This document shows positions 27,947-37,465 of a DNA stretch of 64,000 nt, in pieces. Made by a program: the position numbers and the translations under genes. Source of the DNA: Vicinamibacterales bacterium (lineage in GTDB: Bacteria > Acidobacteriota > Vicinamibacteria > Vicinamibacterales > UBA8438); contig CBDCCY010000004.1 in assembly GCA_965215155.1 (NCBI GenBank), positions 990,151 through 1,054,150 on the forward strand, read 5' to 3'. The notes beneath the pieces are model-generated. The model was not told where the DNA came from. It was given only the letters and a program-made list of their open reading frames with translations, and ran no database searches. Each line of letters opens with the position of its first letter. Position 1 is the first letter of the stretch.

Positions 27947-27988
27947 TCACCAACACCAACGGCCTTGCTCACCAACACCAACGGCCTT
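27945..27988 (+). repeat. perfect 2 x 22-bp tandem duplication
   Basis: GCTCACCAACACCAACGGCCTT occurs twice back to back (27945-27966 and 27967-27988). Confidence 0.85.
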
Positions 27989-28638
27989 GGACCCTGTTCC
28001 GGGCCGCTCGTTCGTGTTGCTGATCTGGTACCCGTTCGCCCCTCTGTTCACGACCGGGACCGCCTTCCCCACGCTCCGATCTGCTCGTGGCCCCGGCGCT
28101 CTCGTTCGGTGTCCTTCCGCTCGATCTCCATTATGCGCCTGACCGTCTGTGCTCGCCTTCGTCGGCTGGCTCGTGTTCCGGGCGGGTGTGGTCGATCCGC
28201 GGCCAAGGTCGAGTCGGTCGAGTTCCTGGTGGTGCTACGCCGCCCGGTGACACTGCTTGGCGGTTCTCGGCGGCTGGGTCCCGCTCGCCGCACCTCATGA
28301 GCGTATCCGGCTCAGGTCATGGCCTGGACTTTGAGTGTCCGTTGTGGGATTCTCGCTGCTGGCCGACGCTGCTGGGTCTGCTATGGTCGCTGGGCGGCCG
28401 TGCCGGCGTTTCGGCAGCGCGAGGTCAGGCATCGTCGGACAAGTGCCGATCTGGAGCGCGCGCGGAGCCGGTGTCAGGACCGCAAGCCCCGCATAGCGGG
28501 GGCCGAGCGTGAGCGAGGCGTCTTGACACCGGCGAGCACGGGCGGATGATGTGTTGGCCGACGATGCCCTCCGTGACCCCGGCGTCGCGTTGCGCGGCGT
28601 GACCGCGGTCACCGGAGACGAGAACCACGCCGGCCGCC

Positions 28639-28701
28639 GACGTGTCAAGCCGCGCTCCGCACGTCTCCTCCACTTCGTTCCGGCTCTTCGAGTGACACGC
28701 C
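28639..28701 (+). repeat. ~60-nt palindromic element D2
   Basis: The sequence is GACGTGTCAAGCCGCGCTCCGCACGTCTCCTCCACTTCGTTCCGGCTCTTCGAGTGACACGCC. An inverted half-site GGCGTCTTGACACC lies at 28517-28530. Confidence 0.5.
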
Positions 28702-28976
28702 GGCCGCCAGCGCGGTCCTTGCATTTGCGGCCGAACGCAGGCGTCCGGCCCTTGAACGGACCGGCCCCAACCACGAGCCAGCACCGCCGGCCCGACCCGC
28801 GACCGGTTCGCCAGGATGCTCCGGTACGGTACACTACGGGACGAAGCGAGGCGCTGACACTGGGCCGGTCCGCTCTCCGGGGCGGGTTGATTGTGCTGTA
28901 CGCGTGTCCGGTGTGGCAACTCGGCCCGGTGACCAATCCCGGTCGCTGGGCGCGATCCACTCTGGAGAGAGACCAC

Positions 28977-29672
28977 ATGCTGACACGCATCGCCGTCGCC
29001 ATCGCTGGAGCACTTCTCGTCGCGTCGCTGCCCGCGGTCGCTCAGCCGCCAACCAATCCGCCCACGATCGACGTGACGTGCCACGGGTACGATGAGGGCG
29101 CGACCCGTGCCTACAACTGCATCCCGGTGGCGAGCCAGCAGCATCTGCTAGCGACGTTCGTCCCGCCGGTCGGCTCGGCGTGCAACGGCGGCCAAGTGGC
29201 CGAGTTCCCGCCCGGCCGCATCGTCTTCCAGATCCGGTGCGACGACGCGGGCGGACCACCTTCCACAACACCGACACCGACCGGCTGGTCGGCATCAGGC
29301 AGCGGTCCGAACTTCTTCAATAAGCCCGCCACCGCCGAGCGAGTCAGAATCCGGTCATCGTTCACGGGCCGTTCTGCCAACTTCATCGTGTGGTGCCGAG
29401 TGCCGCGCACCAGCTTGGTCGTGAATGAGTTGATCGGCAGTTCGTGGGGGAACAACGGGACCGAGGGGGTCTATCGAATGGCGAACTGTACTGAGGTCGA
29501 AGTCAAGACCGACTCGAATGCGAGATGGTGGTTCACCGAGGAAGGCGGGACGGCGATCAGTCCGCCGCGGTCCTGGACGGACGTGACCGGTGCCGGGGGC
29601 AACCTGTCCGCCGAAGCACTAGCCGCCTTGGCAACGGCCGTCGAAACGGAACGGTCGGGGCCGATTCAGTAG
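28977..29672 (+). CDS. secreted hypothetical protein
   Basis: I chose the ATG at 28977 (GGAGAGAG upstream) rather than the ORF-track start at 28551. The signal peptide is MLTRIAVAIAGALLVASLPAVAQP. The mature part is Cys-containing and I recognised no family. Confidence 0.6.
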   Translation: MLTRIAVAIAGALLVASLPAVAQPPTNPPTIDVTCHGYDEGATRAYNCIPVASQQHLLATFVPPVGSACNGGQVAEFPPGRIVFQIRCDDAGGPPSTTPTPTGWSASGSGPNFFNKPATAERVRIRSSFTGRSANFIVWCRVPRTSLVVNELIGSSWGNNGTEGVYRMANCTEVEVKTDSNARWWFTEEGGTAISPPRSWTDVTGAGGNLSAEALAALATAVETERSGPIQ

Positions 29673-29685
29673 GGGGAACGGGACA

Positions 29686-29838
29686 ATGCCGAAACAGCAA
29701 CAGACGATCCCGAAGGACGATCCGCGCTACCAGCCGGCGAAGGCCGAGATGGAGGCGGACGTGAGCATCCGGGACGCGACGCCCGAAGACTTGGCGCTCG
29801 CCGTGGTCGGGAAGCATCCGCGGCGCGTCACGCACTGA
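29686..29838 (+). CDS. possible 50-aa ORF
   Basis: The sequence is MPKQQQTIPKDDPRYQPAKAEMEADVSIRDATPEDLALAVVGKHPRRVTH. It starts 14 nt after the previous stop, with a GGGGGAA-type purine run upstream. It is below the ORF-track cutoff and has no family support. Confidence 0.25.
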   Translation: MPKQQQTIPKDDPRYQPAKAEMEADVSIRDATPEDLALAVVGKHPRRVTH

Positions 29839-29940
29839 CCGCGTTCAAGGGCTGGCTCGCCGGCCCCGTTCCCGCCTACCGTTTGGGCACTATTCGATAT
29901 AATTCCCGGCAGATCGAGAGGCGGAAGGCGCGGAACCGGG

Positions 29941-30274
29941 AGTGTGATCCAGTGTGCCGTCTGATCACACCGGGACCGGGGCCGAACTTACATGATTGGG
30001 GTCACGACAGGGTGTAAGCGGGACGACGTGACCAAATTACACGCCCAGTCACACCTCCAGTCACACCCCCCCGTCACAGCTTTTCTGCTCTAAACCGTTG
30101 ATTCCATTGGTAAAACCGGAAACGTACGTGCCATCAACGGGGTCGGGTAAAGGGTCAGGGGAGAAGAGGGGAGCGACCACGCGGAAACCTGGCGGTTTCC
30201 GGCCCCCGCCGGTGCTCCTCCGTCACACCTGCGGGGTCGCGGTCGCTCCCCTGGAATTGTCCCTCCGGGAAGGG
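29941..30274 (+). repeat. structured integrase-associated repeat, copy B
   Basis: It contains the hairpin GTGTGATC..GATCACAC, the iterons CAGTCACACCTCCAGTCACACCCCCCCGTCACAG and an 86-nt three-helix palindrome (30167-30252). It ends 50 nt before the IHF-like gene. Confidence 0.6.
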
Positions 30275-30323
30275 GGAACAGGCTCTTGCAGCGCCTGCAC
30301 GGGCCGGCTGCTATGCTCTGCCC

Positions 30324-30650
30324 GTGTCCGAAGGCACCCTGACGAAGGCGGCGCTCGTCGAGGAGGTGGCCGACGCCGCCGGCCTCACGAAGAAGCGCGC
30401 CGAGATCATCGTCGACACCCTGTTCGGCAGCATCGCCGAGGCGCTCCGCCACGGGGAGAAGGTCGAAGTCCGCGGCTTCGGCAGTTTCCGTCTCCGGCGG
30501 CGCGCGCCGCGCCGGGGCCGCAACCCCAGGACCGGCGACCGGGTGGACGTGCCGTCGAAGCATGTCGCCTACTTCACGTCCGGCAAGGAGCTGACGGAGC
30601 TGATCAACCGGGACCCGGCCCTGCCGGCGCCGCCGCCGTTGTCCGAGTAG
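30324..30650 (+). CDS. HU/IHF-family DNA-bending protein, IHF beta-like
   Basis: The start is GTG. The sequence TKAALVEEVADAAGLTKKRAEIIVDTLFGSIAEALRHGEKVEVRGFGSFRLRRRAPRRGRNPRTGDRVDVPSKHVAYFTSGKEL carries the RGFGSF...GRNPRTG arm signature. Confidence 0.85.
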   Translation: MSEGTLTKAALVEEVADAAGLTKKRAEIIVDTLFGSIAEALRHGEKVEVRGFGSFRLRRRAPRRGRNPRTGDRVDVPSKHVAYFTSGKELTELINRDPALPAPPPLSE

Positions 30651-30808
30651 CTGGCGTCGAAGCGTCGCTCCGTCGTCCGCGGCCGGCGCCGGCCGCACGG
30701 CGCCCGCCCAACGCGCGTAGACAGCCTCTTCGAGCGACGTGTCAAGACTCAATCAAACGCCGTTACGTAACGCTGCTCAATGAACGCGCGTGGATAGCCT
30801 CTGCGAGC

Positions 30809-30868
30809 GGCGTGTCAAGACGCTGCGCGCCTCCTCCGCTGCGCTCCGGCCCTTGCGGGTGACACGCC
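30809..30868 (+). repeat. ~60-nt palindromic element D3 (plus half copy at 30722-30748)
   Basis: The sequence is GGCGTGTCAAGACGCTGCGCGCCTCCTCCGCTGCGCTCCGGCCCTTGCGGGTGACACGCC. The upstream AGCCTCTTCGAGCGACGTGTCAAGAC repeats its left half. Confidence 0.5.
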
Positions 30869-31126
30869 GCTCGCGCCGGCTCAGGGCTGGCTATGGCCGT
30901 CCGTATCCGTCCGGCCATCGACCACTGGCCGGCCCAGGCTTGACTGTCCCAACCCGACGCGTGCACAGGGCTGCGGCCGGCGGGACCGGGCGCGACGACC
31001 GGCCGGCGGGACGGACGGGTTCCGATCCGCGCTCGTCTAGCTCCGGCCGGTACGGCGCTACGCCATCCCGTTCAGAACGAGGGACAGCTTGAGGGAACGC
31101 AATCACTGGTATGGCGACAAGTCTTT

Positions 31127-32089
31127 ATGGTGCAACATGTTACAGCGCTCCACATGTTGGCCGAGAAGCGCCGCATCAAGCGCATGCCCACCTTCGCGGA
31201 TGCCGCCGAGCGGGTCTGGAACCAGATGCGCCCCGGATGGCGCGACCAGCGCCACGCCCGCGACTGGCTGTCGAGCCTGAGCCGCTTTGCCTTCCCCCAC
31301 ATCGGCCACCTGCCCGTCGGGGAGGTCACCGGCGCCGACGTGATCGAGACGCTCCAGCCCATCTGGCACACCCGGCAGTCGACCGCCCGGCGGGTTCGGC
31401 AGCGCATCGGCACCGTCATGGAGTGGGCCGTGGCGATGGAGTTCAGGAGCGACAACCCGTGTGACCGCATCGGGCCGGTCCTCGGCCCGCAGCAGGATCT
31501 GGTGCGGCACATGGAGGCGTTGCCGCACCGCGAGGTCGCCGCGGCGATTGCGACGGTGCAGGCGTCGGGCGCATGGGCTGGGACGAAGCTGGCGTTCGAG
31601 TTCCTCGTGCTCACCGCGGCGCGGTCCGGCGAGGTACGCGGGGCACGATGGGACGAGATCGACACACAGGCCCACGTGTGGACCATCCCGCCCACGCGGA
31701 TGAAGATGAAGCGCGAGCATCGCGTACCGCTGTGCCGGCGCGCCCTGGACATCCTCGGCGCGGCGCGGACGCTCGGCGGCGGCAACCCGCTGGTGTTCCC
31801 GAGCATCGGCGGCAAGGTCTTGCACGACATGGCGCTGTCGGGGCTGCTCAAGCGCCTGAAGGTCGAGGCCGTGCCGCATGGCTTCCGTTCGTCCTTCCGG
31901 GACTGGGCCGCCGAGGAGACGGACCACCGGCGCGAGGTGGTCGAGGCCGCGCTGGCCCACGTGGTCCAGAACAAGGTCGAGGCGGCCTACGCGCGCTCGG
32001 ACCTGTTCGAGCGGCGGCGGCGCTTGATGGACGAATGGGCCGCCTACCTGAACCGAGAACAGCGGCAGGACGACCCGCCGCGCCGTTGA
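31127..32089 (+). pseudogene. P4-type integrase lacking the N-terminal arm-binding domain
   Basis: Similarity to the other integrases starts at ..LAEKRRIKRMPTFADAAERV (equivalent to residue ~110). The catalytic region is intact: LVLTAARSGEVRGARWDEID, HGFRSSFRDWAAE and ALAHVVQNKVEAAYARSD. Confidence 0.75.
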
Positions 32090-32643
32090 CGGATCGCCGG
32101 TGACGATCCGGCTCGCCCGCTTCGACTTCGGCGGCGGAGACGCACGACACGCGTACTGCGTTGCCGGTCACCACCCCGACCGGCAACCTTACCCGGAGGC
32201 CCTCGCCGCGCTCGGAAGCGTCTACGCCGCGCACGCTCGAGCACGGCCGTCAACGGCTTCGCCGTCCTCCGCGTGCGCTTCGGCCTTCCAGGTGACTGCC
32301 GCGCCCGACCGTGCGGGAAGTCGTTTGCGGGCCAGCCGGAAAGGCTGGCCCGCGTTCCAGGACGAGGAAACGCCGTGCTGGCGCGCCGCTCCGTTGTCGC
32401 GGAGAACCGGATCCGGCCGCATCGACCACGACCGAGGCCATGTCGCGCAGGCCAACGTCGAGAACCGCAACGGCCACCGCAGACCGCACATCGAGGCAAA
32501 GGGAATTGTCAGCACCGAACGGACACGGGCGCGGGAGAGGATCAGGGCACCAGCGGCGACCACGAGATCGCCAGCAGCAGGGAGCCGAGAGATCGCCCGC
32601 CGAAGATGCCGAATAGTGCCGCGTCAGACCGTGACCGCATCCC

Positions 32644-32972
32644 TGTGACTGAGTCACAAGCGCCGTCACACCCCCCGTCACAGTCCCCGCCGCACCCAAG
32701 CACGGACCAGAAACAGCCATCTCAGCGTGTAAGTTGACCGATCTCACTGATTACGCTGAACTTACAGCCGAAGTTACACGAACGCCGCCGAGAATTCCCC
32801 GTATTCATTGACCAAACCGTACCTCCGGGAACCATGTACGGATCCATAAATGGGGTCGGGGAAAAGCCGGGAGCGACCCGCCCAACTCTGGCGATTTGGC
32901 GGCGCAATGGGTGTGACGGAGGAACACCCATTGCGCGGGTCGCTCCCGGCATGAAGTGTCCTTGCAGGAAGG
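32644..32972 (+). repeat. structured integrase-associated repeat, copy C (most diverged)
   Basis: It contains GTGACTGAGTCAC, GTCACACCCCCCGTCACAG, TTCATTGACCAAACCGTAC and an 83-nt palindrome CCGGGAGCGACCC...GGGTCGCTCCCGG (32867-32949). Confidence 0.55.
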
Positions 32973-33099
32973 CTTTCGCGGCTGCTGCCGGCCCGCGCTG
33001 ACACCTGCCATTGCGCGGTGGCCGGACCAGGACGCCCTGACCCGCGCCCCGCCAACGAGCTCTTGTGGCCACTGCGCGTCGACGCCCACCTTGAAGTTC

Positions 33100-33713
33100 A
33101 TCGCCTCGACTGTCGAACACCCCGACGGCGTAGCCTCACCGGCACTCTCGTCCAGCGGCCGAGGTCCGGAAGCCGAAACGCGGCATCCCCACCAAGCGGC
33201 TCCCCACTGGCAGGCTGACTCGGTACCCGCCCGCCGGTCTCGTCGATCCCGTACATCCTCAATCTGCGGCAGCGGCCCGCCGCTCCACCGCGCCTCGGCC
33301 CCGCTCATCGGACTCTGCCGCTCCAGACGGCACCACTGTGCTCGCGGCCCCGGCGGAGTCGACGGCGTCGGGTCGTAGCCCAGCCTCACCGACAGCCACC
33401 GCTCCTGGAACCTCTCCCGGAACCCCCTCGGCCCCAATTCATCACCAGCCAGCAGCCGCACGTCCGCCGACAACCCGCTTGCCCCTTGCGCAGCCACCAG
33501 ACCGCCGCCTACGTCCAGACCCTTGCACCGGTCCGCACCACCGCCGACCTGCCGGATGCCCTCCTCGACCGTCGGCCTCAGCGACTGGCCGCGCCAGACC
33601 GTGAACGACTGCGAGCCTTCCCCGCCTGGCGGAACCCCGTCACCGGCGCGCCTCGTGCCACCACCAGCCGCCCGCCGGGCCGTCCACCTCGTCGGTCGAT
33701 GTGCCCAACTCAC
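33100..33713 (-). CDS. possible hypothetical gene (extent uncertain)
   Basis: The reverse-frame ORF 32805-33713 has very high third-position GC over ...FTVWRGQSLRPTVEEGIRQV...RERFQERWLSVRLGYDPTPS.... I recognised no family. The 3' part overlaps repeat C and is probably not coding. Confidence 0.25.
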
Positions 33714-33785
33714 CGCGCGTCCCCGCCGCCAGCGAAGAGCGAATTGCGAACGATTCTGGACCGGTTCATGATACGATCTACCGCC

Positions 33786-34445
33786 ATGTCGAGAGCGTGG
33801 TGGTCGCTGTTCCGTCTCGGTGTTGCTGGATGCCTGCTGGCCGGAGTCTCAGCGTGCTCCCAGGAAGAACTCCCGCCTGCATCGTCAGAGAACGGTGCTG
33901 TACGGCCGCGCCTCACTACCGAGCCGTCAGAAGAGGCGCGAAGACAGGAACTCATTGCCAAGTACTCCCAGATGCGAGCCACAGAGGAGGATCGGCTTGC
34001 TGCCGAGCAGGGAGACCCCATCGCGCAGGCCCTCATGGCCGTCGTGTACTACAACGGGCGCGGTGTGGAGCAGGACTACAACGAGGCGTTGCGCTGGGCG
34101 CGGCTCGCCGCTGAACAGGGAAACGCCCGCGGGCAGAGCCTGCTCGCGGCGGCGTACTTCCAAGGCCGCGGTGTGGAACTGGACTACAACGAGGCGGCCC
34201 GCTGGGCTCAACTCGCCGCCGAAGGGGGCGAAACCGGCGCGCAGGTCATCCTCGGGACCCTGTACATGCAAGGTAACGGCGTGCCGCAGGACTACGTCTC
34301 CGCCTACACGTGGATGGCTATCGCCGCGTCTGATCCCGGCACGGCGGGCGCGAGCGTTATGCTCGAGCATCTTGCCGATCGCTGGATGACGGCCGAACAG
34401 CTTGCGGAAGCCGAAGCACGAGTGCGCGCTTGGCTGGACCGCTGA
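33786..34445 (+). CDS. Sel1-repeat lipoprotein
   Basis: The protein begins MSRAWWSLFRLGVAGCLLAGVSAC, which includes a lipobox. It has four Sel1-like repeats (GDPIAQALMAVVYYNGRGVEQDYNEALRWARLAAEQGNARGQ...). The upstream part of ORF 33486.. was rejected. Confidence 0.8.
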   Translation: MSRAWWSLFRLGVAGCLLAGVSACSQEELPPASSENGAVRPRLTTEPSEEARRQELIAKYSQMRATEEDRLAAEQGDPIAQALMAVVYYNGRGVEQDYNEALRWARLAAEQGNARGQSLLAAAYFQGRGVELDYNEAARWAQLAAEGGETGAQVILGTLYMQGNGVPQDYVSAYTWMAIAASDPGTAGASVMLEHLADRWMTAEQLAEAEARVRAWLDR

Positions 34446-34499
34446 GGACGGGGCATCTGGGCATGGTGCTCGGATCTCCTTACTACCGAGAGGAACAAC

Positions 34500-34655
34500 A
34501 TGTTGAAGCGATATCTGACGGCAGTCGTCTTGACGATGGGCATCATGCTCTCGGCCGGAGCGGCTCGCCTCCTCGCAGAGTGCTACATCGACTGCTCGAT
34601 GGTGATCACCGACGACTACATCATCCTGAGCTGCGGCCCCGTTTGGTGCGACTAG
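34500..34655 (+). CDS. 51-aa cysteine-rich secreted peptide candidate
   Basis: This ORF is not in the track. GAGAGGAA lies ~6 nt upstream of the ATG. The sequence is MLKRYLTAVVLTMGIMLSAGAARLLAECYIDCSMVITDDYIILSCGPVWCD. Third-position GC is about 85% and there are four Cys in the mature part. Confidence 0.5.
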   Translation: MLKRYLTAVVLTMGIMLSAGAARLLAECYIDCSMVITDDYIILSCGPVWCD

Positions 34656-34659
34656 GGGC

Positions 34660-37215
34660 TCATTCGAGACGCAGCATTCTCACGGGATCGACGCGAACCG
34701 CCCGCCGCGCCGGAAACCAGCAGGCTACCAGCGCGGCGGCGGCGAGCACTAGCGGTGCCAGCAGGAACGTCAGGAGGTCGCTGTCAGCGATACCATAGAG
34801 AAAGCTCTCCAGCAGCCGGCGGGATGCCGTTGCGGCGCCCACGCCGATCAGGATGCCGACGCCGACCAGAACCGCACCCTGACCCACCACTAGCGCGAGG
34901 ATCTGAGAACTCCGGGCACCCAGCGCCATGCGGATCCCGATCTCGCGCTCTCGCTGAGCCACTGTGTAGCTGAGCAACCCGTAGACACCGACGGCCGCGA
35001 GGATCAGGGCGAGCCCGGCAAGCGATCCGACGAAGAAGGCGTAGAGCCGCGGCCAAGCCACAGAGTTCAGCAGTTGTGCCTCCATCGTCGTCACTTCGCC
35101 GACCGTCGCTTGCGGGTTCGCTGCCTCTATCGCTTCGCGGAGAAACGGAATCGCTGCCGTCGATTGGCCGGTCGTCCGCAGCACAACCCTTATCCCTGAG
35201 CTGAAACCGAAGAACGTCTCGGTGGCCTGAGCCAGCGGGAAGTACGCCACTGGCTCAGCCTCGCCGGTGATGTTCAGCCCGCCGTACACGATGTCACCCA
35301 CGACGCCGACCATCTCCCAAGGCTCACCGAAGCCCACGATCACCCGCTGGCCGACCGCCGACTCACTCCCAAAAAGCGCACGGGCAAGCGTCTCGTTGGC
35401 CACCAGGACGCGCGGGCTCTCGCTCCCGTCCACAGGGGTGAAGGTGCGTCCGGCGCGCACGCGGAATCGCATCGCGTCGAGGTAGCCGGGGCTCACGACC
35501 TGCAGCTCCGTCTGCACCATCTCACTCGGGTCGCTCGGCACGGGAGTGCCAGCTAGGCGGACCGGGACGTCACTCGGCGAGTTCCGTCCGAAGGGCAGAT
35601 GCCTTGACAACCCGACCGCCTCGACATCTGGAAGTGGCCCCAGCCGTGTTATCACCTCATCGAAAAGTCGCCTCTGGAGCCGCTGGTGCGACGCTGTCAC
35701 CTCGGGCATCCGCGTCGACAACTCGTGCGGTGCGACCCCCATCGGATTCGTGACCGTTGCCGCGATGACATTGGCCGGGTCGAAGCCGCGGTCGAACGTC
35801 AGCAACTGCACGAAGCTGCGCGCCAGCAGCCCCGCGCCAATCAGCAGTACGACCGTTACCGCGACCTGCATCGTGGACAGCGCCGTGCGCGAGCGATGTG
35901 TCCGCAGAAGCCCGGAACCGCCGGCGGACTGCGCGCTTCCGTCGTTCAGCATGCGTACTAGGCGAACCTGCGACTGCTGTAGCGCCGGTCCCACTCCACA
36001 CAGCAGCCCGACCGCAATCGACAGTCCGGCGGTGAAGGCGAATACCATCCCGTCGATGCCTACCTCGTCAAGGCGCGTTACGTCGCCTGGAGCAAGTGCG
36101 GGCACGGCACGCAGGAAGACGGTCGCCGCAGCCAGACCGAGCGCGCCCCCGCCCAGACTCAGCACCGTGCCCTCGGTGAGCAGCTGCCGCACGAGCCGGC
36201 CTCTGCTCGCGCCAAGTGCCGCGCCGATGGCGAATGTCCGCCGCCGCGCCGTCCCGCGAGCCACGAGCAACCCCGCCGCATTCAGGCAGGCAACCAGCAG
36301 AACCGACACAGTCACCAACGTCAGTATCGATAGCGCCGGCCTGTACTCCCCGACCATGTCCTCCAGCAATGGAACCACGCGAACGCCGCTCTGGTTGGCA
36401 GATGTCGGCAGCCCGCTGCTAGTCCCCTGTAGGATGCTGTCACCCTCCGCCGCCGCCTGTTCCGTGGACACGCCCGGCCGCAGCCGCCCGAGCACCCTGA
36501 ACACGACGGTGGTGCTGAAGACGGCGCCGCCGGGTTGCCCCGGAGGCCTCGCCGCGGTCACCGGTGCAATGACGTACGGCATCCAGAACTCACTGTTCGG
36601 ATTCGGAAAGTGGAAGCCCTCTGGCAGCACGCCGACGACGAGGTAAGGCGCGCCACTGAACTCGACTACAGACCCGACGGCGGCAGGGTCGCCAGCGAAG
36701 CGGTTCGTCCAGGCAGCGTGGCTCAGCAGCACCACCCGGTCCGCGCCCTCCCGCGCCTCCTCCTCCAGGAAGAGCCTCCCGAGGTGGGGTGCCGCTCGCA
36801 GCAGCGGGAAAAGCGATGGTGAGACCCGGGCGCCGGACAGTGCGACCCCGTTCAACTCGCTGGAGACGACCTGGTAGGCCGCGAGCTGCTCGAACGACGC
36901 GGCGTTCTCCTGAAGCAGGGGCATCGAGCGGTTCGACAGGAGCATGTCCGAGACGCCGCTCGGCCCGACAGAGTCGCCGACACGCACAATGGCACGGGCA
37001 TCCGGGTACGGCAGCGGTCGCAGCAGGACCCCGTAGACGATGCTGAACATCGCAGTGTTGGCGCCGATGCCCAACGCCAAGATCAGCACCACGGTGGCCG
37101 CAAAGCCGGGGCTCCGCCTCAGCCCGCGGATGGCGCGGCGGACATCGCGTCCTAGGTCGTCCAGCAAGCTCCACGACGGCAGCTTCATTCGCTTCACGTT
37201 GTTCGGGCTGGCCAT
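34660..37215 (-). CDS. ADOP-family duplicated FtsX/MacB-type permease
   Basis: This 851-aa protein begins ..LLDDLGRDVRRAIRGLRRSPGFAATVVLILALGIGANTAMFSIVYGVLLRPLPYPDA. It has two MacB periplasmic + FtsX modules. Confidence 0.85.
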   Translation of the reverse strand: MASPNNVKRMKLPSWSLLDDLGRDVRRAIRGLRRSPGFAATVVLILALGIGANTAMFSIVYGVLLRPLPYPDARAIVRVGDSVGPSGVSDMLLSNRSMPLLQENAASFEQLAAYQVVSSELNGVALSGARVSPSLFPLLRAAPHLGRLFLEEEAREGADRVVLLSHAAWTNRFAGDPAAVGSVVEFSGAPYLVVGVLPEGFHFPNPNSEFWMPYVIAPVTAARPPGQPGGAVFSTTVVFRVLGRLRPGVSTEQAAAEGDSILQGTSSGLPTSANQSGVRVVPLLEDMVGEYRPALSILTLVTVSVLLVACLNAAGLLVARGTARRRTFAIGAALGASRGRLVRQLLTEGTVLSLGGGALGLAAATVFLRAVPALAPGDVTRLDEVGIDGMVFAFTAGLSIAVGLLCGVGPALQQSQVRLVRMLNDGSAQSAGGSGLLRTHRSRTALSTMQVAVTVVLLIGAGLLARSFVQLLTFDRGFDPANVIAATVTNPMGVAPHELSTRMPEVTASHQRLQRRLFDEVITRLGPLPDVEAVGLSRHLPFGRNSPSDVPVRLAGTPVPSDPSEMVQTELQVVSPGYLDAMRFRVRAGRTFTPVDGSESPRVLVANETLARALFGSESAVGQRVIVGFGEPWEMVGVVGDIVYGGLNITGEAEPVAYFPLAQATETFFGFSSGIRVVLRTTGQSTAAIPFLREAIEAANPQATVGEVTTMEAQLLNSVAWPRLYAFFVGSLAGLALILAAVGVYGLLSYTVAQREREIGIRMALGARSSQILALVVGQGAVLVGVGILIGVGAATASRRLLESFLYGIADSDLLTFLLAPLVLAAAALVACWFPARRAVRVDPVRMLRLE

Positions 37216-37465
37216 CCGTCAATGCTCATCCAGAGACGAATCACCGTCTCGGGCAGGATCCTCTCTACTGCAACCAGCGATCGCGATTCTAGCGAGATGG
37301 TGCGCATCGGACGGCGGGATCAGCAAGCCGCTTGGCAACACGTGCGGTGAAGGAGCTGTTCCGGTGCCGTCCACGGGAGATGCACCAAGGCCGGTGCAAT
37401 CCGATTCAGAAGGTGGGATGTAACGAGGGGAACAATCGTGGCGTAAACCCATAAGTGCTCTTTGT

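Noticed and set aside
28000-28976. Several 80-240-aa ORFs on both strands between integrase 2 and the secreted-protein gene
   Set aside because: No start context, motif or consistent codon bias was seen. The region contains the D2 palindrome and its half-site, and it reads as non-coding or decayed DNA.
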